DNA of 64,000 nt, taken from the NCBI GenBank assembly GCA_029717555.1, contig JAMDHS010000035.1, forward strand, positions 124,001-188,000, read 5' to 3'. Origin of the DNA: Peribolospora baueri (lineage: Eukaryota). Each line of letters begins with the position of its first letter. Within the stretch, counting starts at the first letter, position 1. Both the position numbers and the translations under genes were made by a program. This document shows, piece by piece, positions 12,024-24,213 of the stretch. The notes beneath the pieces were generated by a model, which did not search any database, was not told the origin of the DNA, and saw only the letters and a program-made list of their open reading frames with translations.

Positions 12024-13258
12024 ATGTCGTCCATGGAGTTTTGCGACAGATGGTGAGGCACGCTTGAATACGCTTAGAGAGGGAGGCCATTGGAGTTGGA
12101 GGAGAGACCAGTGAGGGTCGGACCTGACAAGCCGCCATCGGGGGTTGGTTTGACCTGAGCTGATTTTCGCCTGGTTCTTGGCTGGATGCTCTTCTGCTGC
12201 TCGATGGATGCTCGGCATTTTCGACACTTTTCAGCTCGAATCTGCTGTATCCGAAGGTAGGTGGCTAGAGGCCGCCTCATTTGCTTTGTTTCTTGTATTC
12301 TCGCTCATGTGCTTGTCCATTTGTCCTCACCTTCGCCTCTTCCACGTAAAGGTGGACCGGACGAACCATATCTTGATGTGGGAATGCCGCAACTGCATGT
12401 GGGCGAAGGAAGCTGTGGATAACAAGATGGTGTATAGGAACGACTTGATGGCTATCACGAAGTGAGTGCTAGGTGGTGTGAAGCGAGTGATGGACAGGGT
12501 GGGAGGGCGGACGGACGACTGAAGGAAAGGGGTCTCATTCACGCTTGTGCCTTGGATTGAGTTGGTGGGGGGAAGGGCACGGAGGAGGCAACCGCGCTGA
12601 CCGCCTGCGCTCTCTTTTTTGTGTCCTTGCATTTGACTGCGCTTCACTAACGTGCGCTACGACTGCCCCAACGTGTAGAGAACACCCTGGTGTGACCAAG
12701 GACCTGAAGACGGACCCTACGCTGGCGAGGACGAAGAAGGACTGTCCGGACCCGATGTGCGGTAGTGACACGTGAGGCATCTCTTTCCTTCCTAGTGTTG
12801 GACTGGCGGTTGGTAGAGAATTTTGATCACTCGCACCCAGCGGTGCCGCTGAGATTGCTCGAGCAACAGCAATGAGGCTACGTAGTAGCGAGAAGGTTTC
12901 GATACTCATTCTTTGTCGGTCCATCGCTCCCTCCTCCACTGCGTAGGGCGATCATGTTCCAGGATCAGGGAAAGCGCGAACAGAACCGTATGATCCTGTT
13001 CTACGTGTGAGTCGAGTCGACTGTCCGAGTTGCTTTCCAAGCCTGTTTTCGTGTGCTTCTGGGAATGTTTATCCTCATTCCAATATCTCATTGGGTTGAC
13101 TCTCTCGCCAGTTGCACGGCTTGTGAAAGACAATTCAGGGTGAACAACGTCTTCTCGGATCCGTTCACCGTGCAGTGCTCCAGTTTTTCGCTGACGACGG
13201 TGTCTCTTTGGGATCGTGGCCCTGGCCACAGGACGAGGACCTCTTCATCGGCAGATGA
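12024..13258 (+). CDS. RPB9: RNA polymerase II subunit RPB9 (about 7 exons)
   Basis: Spliced MSSMEFCDRC|SNLLYPK|VDRTNHILMWECRNC...VYRNDLMAITK|EHPGVTKDLKTDPTLARTKKDCPDPMCG..|AIMFQDQGKREQNRMILFY|VCTACERQFR|DEDLFIGR*. Two Zn ribbons plus the DPTL motif. Confidence 0.92.
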
Positions 13259-13888
13259 GCCGCGCGCAAGGCGGGTCCGCTAGCAGGTCTGCTCCTATAC
13301 CTGTTGTTTCTTTCTCCTGTCCTCGTCCATCGTCGTTCGCTTCTCCTTCCTGCTCGCCGCCGCATTGCTTGTACACTAGAAAGAACTCTTCGGTGAGGAG
13401 AACATCGCTGGCGAGTTGATCCGAGCACGACGGCCGACGGCGATGGACGGCGTTGCGCGGACGCGTCCTCGAGGCTGGCCTCGCGCCTTCGCTTCGCTCG
13501 CCGCCGAACAGCGCTGCTTGCCGCCTTGCTCTCGCTCCTTCATCCACCTCGTCCTCTTCCTTCTTCTTGCTTTTCCTTCGTATTCGCTCCCTCACCCGTC
13601 CTCTCACCTCTCCCCCGCCGGTCTCCAGCGAGCGACAAGACCCGAGCCACAACTTCGACCCCCATTGGCCAGTCTCCCCGCCGCCTGTCGATTACCAATT
13701 CCTCTCGTCTTGCGACGATCACGTAGAGCGTTCGTCTCCTAATACTCCCCCCTCTCACCCCTTAGCGACAAACCCGTCCGCCCCCCCGTCAAGTTTCTTT
13801 CTTTTGTTCGGCGTCGCCAACCCACCCTCGTTTATCTTCCTATCAGCCTTGCACTCGTCTCATCGTAGCTCCCCATATCTCTCTCATC

Positions 13889-15497
13889 ATGATGGACGAC
13901 ACGCTCGAAACGCACTCGCAAATTCTCCAGCGGCTCACGCTCGACCTCCGCAGCACTCGCTTCGTCATCGAGCGGGAGACGCTTATGAACCTGCCGGAGA
14001 GCGTCTTGCTCTGCCTCTTCCCCAATGGCCTTGTGCTCAGTCGCCAGCATCAGTTCGGCATCGATGGGGAGGATGACGATGAAGAGGAAGAAGAGGAGGT
14101 GTACGTCGTTGATGTGAGTGTGCCAACATTCCGCTCTTGAAACAGGCTTCCTCTCCCTCGTCGATGATTTCAGTGGCAGAATTCAATTTGACCCGTGATT
14201 TCTTTCCTTGCTCACCTCCAACCTCCAGTTCGATCCACACTGCCTCTCCTTCGTACTGTCTTTCTTCAAAAAAGCGCAAGAAGATTTCTACGGGACGCCC
14301 ACCACACCGGGGCTTTACAACCCGGAGGCCGCTCAAATCGCCGCGGGACATCACCACACCCAGAGCTCGGCGGACTTCGACATGACGCCCCTGGGCGGAG
14401 CGCCGAGCCTGGGCGGAAACCCGCTTCTGGTCAAGCAGGCCATCATCGTCCTACGTGAAGAGCTCGAATACTTCGCCATTCCTCCCAAGGCCGCTTCCAA
14501 GGGAGCAGACGATCCTGAGGCAAAAGCGGTGGCGGCGACGGACGAGCGCGGACAGGCGAACCCCGCCCTCCTCGACCTCAAGCGAGCTTGCGGCGCCGCG
14601 CTACTGGGTCGGAAGCAGATCTTCACGGCGCTACAGAGGAACGTGAACAAGGAGAACAACGTCGCGGAGCAGCATCTTATCGACATGTTGTGCATGAGCG
14701 GATTCGACCGAGGCGACCTGTGGGGATACCGCGCGCTCGAGCCGTCGCGGTGCTGCATCACCTCTATCGCTCTCGTCCTCCTCAAGACGGGCATCACCCA
14801 CGCCGGCGCTGCCGCCACCTCTGCGACTGGGGCGGCGAACAGACCGGAGGACGGAGGCAAGACGGCGGGCGCTGATGCCGAAGGGGGAGCCGAGGAGGAG
14901 ACGCAGCAGCTCGCAGAGGGAGAGACGTCTATCGGTGGCATGAAGATCAACCAGCACCAGTTGGCGACTGCACAGAAGCTGTTGCTCTTCTGGAGGAAGC
15001 CTGCGGTGAGTCGAACCGAGGCCATCCGCATTTGTGCGCTCTTCTGTTCGGTGTTGGCGCGGTTGGTTACGGTGAATTGGTAAAGGCGTTGTCTGACGCC
15101 TCCTTGTTTTTGATTCGTCCTTCTCACGCCGTTTTGGATGCAGCGGAAATGCTGGTGGGACGGCGTAGACGTTGTGATCCCCACTTCCAGCGCTGCCGAG
15201 TCTGTCCCGGCAGGCCGGGCAACCGCGGCGGACACGGCGGGTACGACGACAGGAATGACCGAAGAAGAGGTAGCATTACTCGAGAGTGGTCGGGGTCAGA
15301 AAGTGAGGGTGTGGGCGAGGAGGGTGTGGACGCTCGAGTTGAGCTTGGTGAGTCTTTGGATTTTCAGCGGTCAAAGCCGCTCGATTCAGACTTGGTGTCG
15401 CCCTTTCTGCTAGGATGTCATACTCACCGGCTGGCTCGTTTCTGCGCTTTTTTCATTGCCACGTCTTTCTCTTCCTTACTGGGGGCACCAGATCTGA
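13889..15497 (+). CDS. WHI2: Whi2 growth/stress regulator (BTB-like)
   Basis: LDLRSTRFVIERETLMNLPESVLLCLFPNG, QAIIVLREELEYF, EQHLIDMLCMSGF, TAQKLLLFWRKPA|RKCWWDG, VRVWARRVWTLELSL. The last exon (ATC TGA at 15492-15497) is tentative. Confidence 0.9.
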
Positions 15498-16704
15498 GGA
15501 GACGCCAGTCTCACCTGCCAATCCGAGCGTTTTCTGCTGGAATAACTCCATAGGCACCCAAGTCCCCCTCCCACCCTCTCTGTCTTCGCGGCGACCGATT
15601 TGTACAGGATATCCATACCCCTCGGCGCGCTTCCCACCCTGGTCCCTTCCTTTCGTTTCCCCTTGCACCCCTTTCGTCCGTTTGTTCAGTCGCGACGCAT
15701 CGAGCTAGTTAAGCCGCATTTCCTCTCCTCGAGAGTAATGTCATTCGCTTGCAAGACTCGAACGGGTCGTGCGTAGACGCTCACTCTCCCTTCCTTTTAT
15801 GACTCTACTCTTTCTCTTTTCCTCGCCCCTCTGCCTCGCCATGCGGGCCTCCTTTTCTTGGCGATCCTAGCCACCGTCCTCCTAAGTGCTGAGCCTGGTC
15901 ATCATTCCTTCGTCATCCTCAGCCTCCTTCTGCGCGCTCTCTCCTTTTTTCCACTTTGTTACGCCGTTCTACCTACAGTGCTACCTATCTCCCCCATTCT
16001 TCATCATCTCACTCCCGTCGAGCCATACTTCTAGGGTTCCAGTCAACGGAGAAATACTAAATCGATACCCTCAAGTGAAAGAAGTACCTCTCTCTCATGT
16101 CCTCTGATTTGAGGAGACTGCTTTGCTCGGCCTTGGAAAAGATGCGCTCAGAAACCGTCGTCGGATAGAGCAGTTTGCTCGTACGAAGGGCTGACCGAGC
16201 CTCCCGCACGTCTTCTACACTCATAGCGCCCACCACTCCGTTCGGATACGCGATGCTCCCTGCGCTTTAAAACCACCTGACTCGTTCACGGAGGCGTCCA
16301 AGCTTGGGCTACTCCGCCCCCGGACCGAGCATTCATCGTCCATTTGCATCTAATGTTCTAGGTTGCATGAGGAGGATCCGGATCCCATGACAAAGAAAGA
16401 AAGGGAAAAGAAGCCATAGAGAAAATATCCACGAGAGCAAGAGTGGAACAATGAAATGTTTGTTTATACAAAAATCCCTCCGTTCGTTCGCCCAGTCCAG
16501 GGGCGAAAGACGACGCGGAACGGAGTCCTCGTTGGCTCGCGCAAGCGCTGTCACGATGCAGGGATGAAGGGAAATGTTCCGCCAGGAGAAGGAAAGGCCG
16601 ACGGCAAAGGTGACTTTCGAGAAACAGATGAAGACGAGACCAGAGTAGGAGAAATGACGGGTAGAAAGCCAATCGGGGCCTGACTGGTCGGGCCAAGCTC
16701 GGGC

Positions 16705-19700
16705 TTAACCTCCGACCTCGCGAGCCATGGCTTTCTTGCGACCACCTCCTTTCCGAGCGCGGAGTCCTGCATTGCCTTCCCCGTCGGGTACTGCCAAATC
16801 GAGGAAGCGATTCGCAGACATGAAACGTGAGGAAGAAGCACCAAGTCAGAGGCCCGCACCGACAAGGACCGAGGTCGACCGGCAGCACCAAGAGTCGACA
16901 AATGAACGCACGAGTGAAGTTCATGAAAGTCCTGTTGGCTCGCTGGCTCGTCGTACCGCCCGCACCCGTCGTCGCACCGTCGGCTCCGAGGCCAGCCACG
17001 GGGTCATCGGAGGGCGAGAGTTCGGACAAGGCGGACATGGGAGACCTCGGCTCATCGCCGTTGATGCTCTGTTCGTACCTTGGCGGAAGCGCCGCGGCGT
17101 CTTCGACCCAGTATTTGATGGGAACCTCCGGTGCGACGTACTCGATGCCGTGCTTGCGGGCTTGAGATAAGCACCCGCAGCGAAGGACACAGGAGGGAAT
17201 GAGAAGTCAGTGCCAGAAGTACTCCACTCCACACTTGGCCAATCGGATCGAGATGGCGGTCAGATTCGCTTACCGAAGTAAGTGAGCGCAGCGTAAAACG
17301 CCGTGCGATGCTGCCAGCGCGCACCCCAGTCTTGCCAATTGGCGCGGTGCTGTCCAACGTGCAAACGATTCGGGACGAGAGGAAATTAGCATCGAAACCA
17401 AGCCCCTGCAAGACGTGGCCTACTGGACAATCGCCGAACCACGAAAAGAACGGCGCGCGGTCCAGGCTCGATCCCGGCTTGACTCACAGTCATGGTCATG
17501 GTGAACTCGAAATCCCAAACGCCATTGGAGCAGAGCTTCTGCGGACACACGCTCGTTGCCGGCTCGAACATGCGGTCCGGCTCCGTGGCCAGCCAGTGGT
17601 TCATGTCTGACTCGAGCGCGTCTAGCTTTTCTTGAGAGGTGCTGAGTGAGACTTGCATGGCTATCGGTGGTGCGGTGAAGGTTGAGTCGAAATATCCAGC
17701 GATTCAGGAAATGATGGGAAAAGGGACGAACGGGGGACTCACTCGCGGATTCGCTCTGATAACCACTGCGACGGAGATTGGTAATCATCATGCTAGCGAG
17801 GAGCACGTTGGAGATGTACCTGTGCAATGACACGAGGCCGAAGGACAGGCGACGAGGTGCTGGTTAAACGCTGGCGCGCCCGATAGACGGAAAACGCGCA
17901 ATGAAGGAGGACCGATGGTGCTCACATCTCGGTGTTGTCCCAGCGAATGAAGACGCAGTTCAAGAGGCCCATCTTCTTGACCACAAGCACTTCATCTGCA
18001 CGCACAGAAAGGTAAGGCAGAATGCCAGGCTCGCGTTGAGCACGACGAACTACGAACGACGAACGACGAACGAAGCCAGCGTCAGATCTCGTGCACTCAC
18101 CTTGCAGGAAGATGCGATCACCGGTATCGAAGGGATGGGTGACGAAGAGGAAGATGATCGAGTCGAACACGTTCGCTGCCGACTCCTTGAAGACAAAAGC
18201 GAAGGCGATGCCGAGCGTGTAGAAGGTCGAGAGGGCGCCGCCAATGTTCACATTGAAAATCTGGAGGGCGACTGCGATGCAGCACGGAAGAGATGGACGA
18301 CGAAACACGGCGGGAAGCTCGATCAGCGGTCGCTCCACGGGCTCGTTTCGCCGTGCTCGAACCGGAACGGCGTTCCGGCAAATCGGCACCCACTGAAGAA
18401 GACGAGGACGAGGGCGACGACTAAGAAGATGGTGTCGAGCCGTGAGACGGCGTGGCTGACGTCCTGCATGCTCCTGGCAAGGAACCTGCGCTCCTTGTAC
18501 ACCCTCAGCACGGTGCTTTTCATCTCGCGCTTGGAGATGTCGCCGTTGTCGTCGCGGTCGAAGATGCGGAACGCTTCCTTGGCCTTGGTCTCGTTGGGAA
18601 AGGCGGGGAAAAAATCGGAGGGGACGAGGTAATCGCGCTTGTGGTCCGCCTTGAATGAGTAGTACAAGTTCTTGGCCAGCTTTTTGGCCTCGGCAGGGCT
18701 GTTGATGTCCAAACCCAGTCCGGTTTTCCGGTTGGCGATCAGGCCCAGAGGGTCCTGTACCGCCACGCGGGCGAGCGTGCTCGCCGCGACATTGCCCACA
18801 TTCTTCGCGACACTCATCGCACCCTTCTGCTTGCGCGCGATGTCCACCGCCGGTTGAGACTCGGTCGAGTACGCCGTGCCGGGCGTCATGGGATCTGTGA
18901 AGGCGGTGGTGCTGCCGCCAGAGAGTGGGATTGACATGTAGTCGCTCGATTTGTGCCGATGCATAGGCGGACGCCGGTCCTCATGCTTCTTCTTCTTCTT
19001 GTCCTTGCTGGGACCCCAGCTGAACTTCTTGCTGCGCTCATCGCCTCTGTTGTGGGACTCGCCGTGTGGGGGAGTAGTTATCTTCAAGGCCATCCCAGCA
19101 GAGGGTGTACCTGGCCGAGAGCTCGGAGCGGAGCCGCCGAACCGATTGCCCGAGTTCATGCGGGGATAGGCGGGACGCTTGCGCTTGGGACGGTAATCTT
19201 TGAGCTTGTCGAAGACTGCATGCGGCACGGCGCGTGTGAGACCGGAAATGAGCTGAGCGCGCTCGTCGTGAGGGGGCTTCCGCTCCGCTAGCGTTACTCA
19301 CTCGCCAGCGCCTGGCCAATCTCGGCGATGCGGTCCGCGTACGCGACGCGATGGAAGTCCATGGCTGCGAGTCATAGTCGAATCGGGGTCAAGAGTGCGA
19401 ATCGAATGGCCGGAGAGAGACAAGCAGATGCATGCGGAAGCGTGTGCTTACAAACGAACTGGATGACGATCTTCTCCACGCAAACGATGACGAAGAGGAA
19501 AAAGAAAAATTCGACGACTTCGTACATCTTGCAATGTCCGAAGGGAAGGGGAAAAAGGTATCGACGTGACGATCAACCTCGGGAGGGAGCGAAGCGAAGC
19601 GGTGCCCACCGTCGATGTTGGCTTACCCTGTAAGTATACGCGGCCGGACTTCCCTTGGGATCGGAATGGCTGTACAGGTGGTAGATGCCACCGAAGATGA

Positions 19701-20999
19701 TTGCCCAGGAGCCTAAATGAGGGGAGCGAAGACGCAGACAAGAGAAGCAAGGACGTCGGCCGGCAAATCAGTGGAGGGGTCGGACGAAGTAAAAGAAAGC
19801 GATGCGGCGGCTCACCCCATCCCATGGAGGCATAGAAAATAGGTTTGATGTAGCCTTTTGCCGAGTTATAGATCTCGATGTAGCTGAGCAAGCGCTGACT
19901 GACGTCGCCCCACACGATCCTGACGAGGAGGAGGAAGAGGCGCGGAATGACCTCGACGAAGAAATGAAGCCACCAAGAGACATGGATGTTGAAGGCAGCC
20001 CAGATGAGCCACGCCTCGACGTTGTCGGCGAGCATCCTGTTGGCATGGCTCTTGTGGCGGTAGATGATGTGGACGACGATGGCAGGGGTGACGAGGGCGC
20101 CGGAGACGATCAGGTTTCCGAGAAAGGTTGTGCCGAGGAAGGAGAAGATACTGGGAGGGAGGCACGAAGAAAGCCAAAAGCACTGCGATGAGACGTCTTC
20201 CGCCCGATATGCGTGTTGCGACGAGGCCCTCCAGGAAAGCAAACGGGTTCGACGCCACTCACTTCCAAGGGGAGCACCGCCCGCGCCACTTGCCCCTGAT
20301 CTTCATTTCATGCTCCTCGTTGTACTTATCCGCTTCGTCCAGATCATCGTCGTCGCTCCAGTTGTACAAGTCCGCGGCGTTGTCATAATCATCGTCCGAG
20401 CTGTCGTCGTCGTCTCCTCCCCAGGGACGCTCCTGGCTGGCCTCGATGGGTGCGGTGGGAGGATTGTCAGATTGTATGCCATGGCTAGGCAAGACGGGGG
20501 CGGAGTGCGGAGCGTGAGAGAGACGGGGCTGCGTCGCGAAGGGGTCAGACTCGGCGGGCCTGTGTTTGTCTGCCTTTCCCATATCGTCGATGGTCGGAAC
20601 CATGGTGAGGGCGCTGCCGAGACTGGGCCTGCCGTCGTCGGGACTGGCGCCGCTGCCTGCGTCAGAGCGCAGCTTGCCGTGGTCGTTCTGGGAGCGGGTG
20701 TAGGCAGGAAGAGAAAACATCTCGTGGCCGTGAGCGGCGTCGTAGGGGGGCGACTGGGGCGGGTCTTCGAGGTTGAGCGCGACATGGGGAGTCTCCGGGT
20801 CGCCAGCGCGAGCTTGGCCGCTGCTGCTGCGACTGGACGTCGGGGACGGCATGGCGGGCGGCGAGGGCACGCCGGGCGGCGGGGGTTGGGAGGAAGATGG
20901 GTGTGTCGGCGGGCAGAGAAGAGGACGTCGGGAAGGGGGTTGAAGGGTCTTGGTCTTCTTCTCTTCTTGGTCAATGATGGTGGTGGTGAGTGTCGGCAT
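16705..20999 (-). CDS. MscS-like mechanosensitive ion channel with EF-hand (Msy1/Msy2 type), multi-exon
   Basis: TM segments (EAWLIWAAFNIHVSW), EF-hand AFRIFDRDDNGDISKREM, MscS core FVFKESAANVFDSIIFLFVTHPFDTGDRI, ITNLRRSG. Predicted end ...LRARKGGGRKKAMAREVGG* (TAA at 16707-16705). Confidence 0.88.
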
Positions 21000-22692
21000 A
21001 TGTCCGCCAATCTCCTTTCAGGGGTCTTGATCAATCTCGGATCCGGATCCCGATCGGGGGTCGTCCCCATCGGCGTCCAGTTCGGACGGGCCCTTCTCTC
21101 CCCTACGTCCTCCTCATCGTCTGACGAGGCACGCAGAGCTCGCGGAAACTGCGAGGGCGAGGGCTGGGAGCGTGAGGGAGGGTGCCCACAAGGAACTCAC
21201 ATGGTCGCTCGTCACATACGTCCATCCTCATTTTACGTCTCGCCCGTCCCTACAGGCAGCCAAGAGGTCAGCGGCTGAGACGCCGACGCGACGACTCCCC
21301 CCGATCGAGCCCCAGGGCGGATCATGCCACCACGAAACCGCGAAGGGCCGCCCGTGAATAATCAAAGCTCGGATTCGATGATCTGCCTAGTCCCTCCTCG
21401 ATGCGTTCAGCGATCTCGGTCGCCCGTGAGCCTCTTCCATACGGCAGCCTTCGTTGCGTCTCTGCTCACAGTCGTCTTCGGCGTGCCGGAAGACGGGGAA
21501 GACCGTCTCGCTCGTCGGCTTTTGACCGGAGCTTCGTGGAAACCGAGATGGGAAGGCGGGCTGCAGAAGACAGGGGAACAGCGGCTCGACGGCCTCGGTG
21601 ACACAGGGGTTCCGTGCCAGAGTGAGAGCGATAATGGGCACGTCTTGTTCTGTCTCATCCGACTGACTGGCTTGCTGGCCGCGCCAAACCATCTCCAAAG
21701 GCGACGGATGTTATTGTAGCAAAACGAGGCAATATCTCTTTTGTTATTACACAAGATTCAAGAGATGTTCAAGATCTTAATATAGTTCAAGATAGCGGGA
21801 ATGGGCATGCATCGACTTACGCTGACATCAGCATGCCGTTCTATAGCCAGTACCTCCCGAGGAACAAGCTTTTTTTTTTCCGATGGCTCATCAGCACTAC
21901 AGATCAGCTCATTGAAATGCTCACACTGGGGGAGTTAGACCCCCGACAGCATTGCTGGGGCACCCTTGCCAAAACAGTCAGAATAGAAAAGAAATAGAAA
22001 AATTAAATAGCCGCTCATGTGATCTGATTAGATCGTCATAAGATCAACTCGACACGGGGATCGACGGGCAGGCGAGTGATAGGGCAACGGTGGCGCTGAG
22101 CGTGCGTCGATGGCAGATGGGATCCCCGTAAACGGATGGTGAGGGGGTTCCAAAGGACCTCGCGAGACCGCTGTTCATCGTAGGGCTTTGACAGAACAGG
22201 AGATCATGTCTCACTCAGTGACTCGAAGCTTGGCAAAACTCGTCACCCCGGTCCGAGTCTCTCTTGCGGACCATGGCACGTTTTCTACTTATCTGGCTAC
22301 CTGGTACCCCGTGGGTCTCGCCAGCAGCTCTCACACCATTCTAGTTGACAGGCAAGTAGATTTCCCTGCGGCCTTGATGAAGCGGACCAGCCGTCGCCCA
22401 TCACGGCGAAAGGTGGCGGGAGGACGGACGAAAGCTGATCATGATATCATCGCTCTCTTCTTGGCAACTACGGTCACCCAGCATCGCCACCCGACCTGCC
22501 TCCCATCTTTCCACTACCACCACCACCACCACCGCCTCCGCCTTACCTCAGCGACACTTTCTCGTCCCAGCCTCGACGTTCTTTCTCTCCCCCGCCCTTC
22601 TCGCCTTTGCCACCCTCTCATCGCCACCGCCCCATCCCCATCAACCCCATCATCGGCGCTTCCCGACCGATCGACGAACAACGGAACCAACC

Positions 22693-23629
22693 ATGGCCCG
22701 TCTGGCTACATCCATGAGCATCAGCGCACCGCTCACCATCCTCCTGCTTCTCTTGGCGTTCGCCTCGTCCGGCGTCCGAGCCTGTGAGTGGATGGCTCGA
22801 GCACTGGAGTACGGACGTCTGTCTGATCTCAACTTGACTTTGTCGCCCAACATCCACGGCCGTCTGTTGCCTTGTTGCGCCCAGATTGTCAACGTGAGTG
22901 GGCAGCCCGCCCGTGTCCAGCGCCTCGTGCCGTCTGACCTCACCCGGTCTCATACGTGTGAACCCGGATTCTCGCTCTTCCCCTCCTCTACTTCATTTCC
23001 CAGAGTACGATCGGTTTGGCAACTGCATGACGAATGGATGGTCCTATGGCGCCAGAGTAGGAGTCGGTGAGTTTCCTGGAGCCATGGACGCTTGAGCGTG
23101 TTGCCAGCCGGTCCTTGGCCGCTTCTTCTCGCGAGCCTGTCCTTCTCACACTTCCTTTCGCCTTGATGTCTTTGTCGTCTTTGTCCGGCGCAGGCATTGC
23201 TGTTGGTGAGTGGGATAGTGGTTAATAAGGCAGGTGTTTTTTATATCGCTTTTCCCTTTCCTGCTGATCCATCCCTGTCCGCCTCTTTTCTGTCCTCTCA
23301 TCCCCCAACTCGGTTCCGATCGGTTCCGACCATCTTCAGCAGCCGCCTGCATCTTCATCATCGCCCTCCTCTTTCTCGCCCGCCGCAAGCGCCAGGCCGC
23401 CTTCTGGCGGCGAGTGCAGGCCCAGAATCAAGGGTACCAGCCTGGCTACTATGGCGGCGGCGCTCAGCAGCAGCAGCATCATCAGCAGTACGGGTACGCG
23501 CCGTACGTCCAGCCTGCGTCTTCTTACGGCGCTCAGCAGCAAGACGCCCCCGCACCCCAGTACGCCGCCCCGCCTGGTCCGCCGCCGCCGGCTTACGAGG
23601 ACAAGCGCGAACGACCTCATCAGGCGTGA
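22693..23629 (+). CDS. Small single-pass membrane protein, RCR (Rcr1/Rcr2)-like, with PY motif; exons 22693-22783, 22885-22893, 23004-23066, 23194-23205, 23340-23629
   Basis: Signal peptide, short ectodomain YCQQYDRFGNC, TM helix GVGIAVAAACIFIIALLFLA, RRKR, then a Q/Y/P-rich tail with PPPPAY. All introns are GT-AG and phase-compatible. Confidence 0.7.
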
Positions 23630-24213
23630 GATGAGCCGGAAGCGGAGAACGGCGCTTCCGTGGTCCATCCACATTCGTCCAACGGTGTTCTTTTCTACTT
23701 AGTAAATATATAATTGCTCGCACAACGATCTGTATTCTCACATTGCGCTCATGGTAACCGCGTAACCGGTGTAGCTAGCTTTCGACCTGCTCGTCCTGTA
23801 TCGCTTCGCTTCTCCTTTCCTCCTCTAGCCCTTCACTCGCAGTTGTGAATGTAACTTCTATAAAGCTCCCCGCGTCTTGACACAAACCCTTTCCATCGCT
23901 TCTGAAATACCTGTGCGCACCAGCTTTCATTCCTACCAGCAGCTCGAACTTCATCGTCGACCCGCAATGGCTCATCTTGCAGGCTCACATCTCGGAGGCG
24001 GAGGCGGAGGTGAACGGCCGTGACACGGCATCTCTCATTGCCATGCGCAAAGAGTGGAAGAAGTCATTCGACGAAAGAGAACCATCCGATCAACAGGACG
24101 AATTTTCCAAAAGTAACCGGTCCTCCCCTCCCTTTCTTCCGATCAAATTAATAAAAAAAAGGAGAGCGTTCCGCGCTTGGTATCTTTAACTGATCTTTTT
24201 GTATGTGCTTAGG

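Noticed and set aside
16160..16210. GGATAGAGCAGTTTG, resembling a tRNA D-arm
   Set aside because: No T-loop GTTCRA at the right spacing and no acceptor stem.
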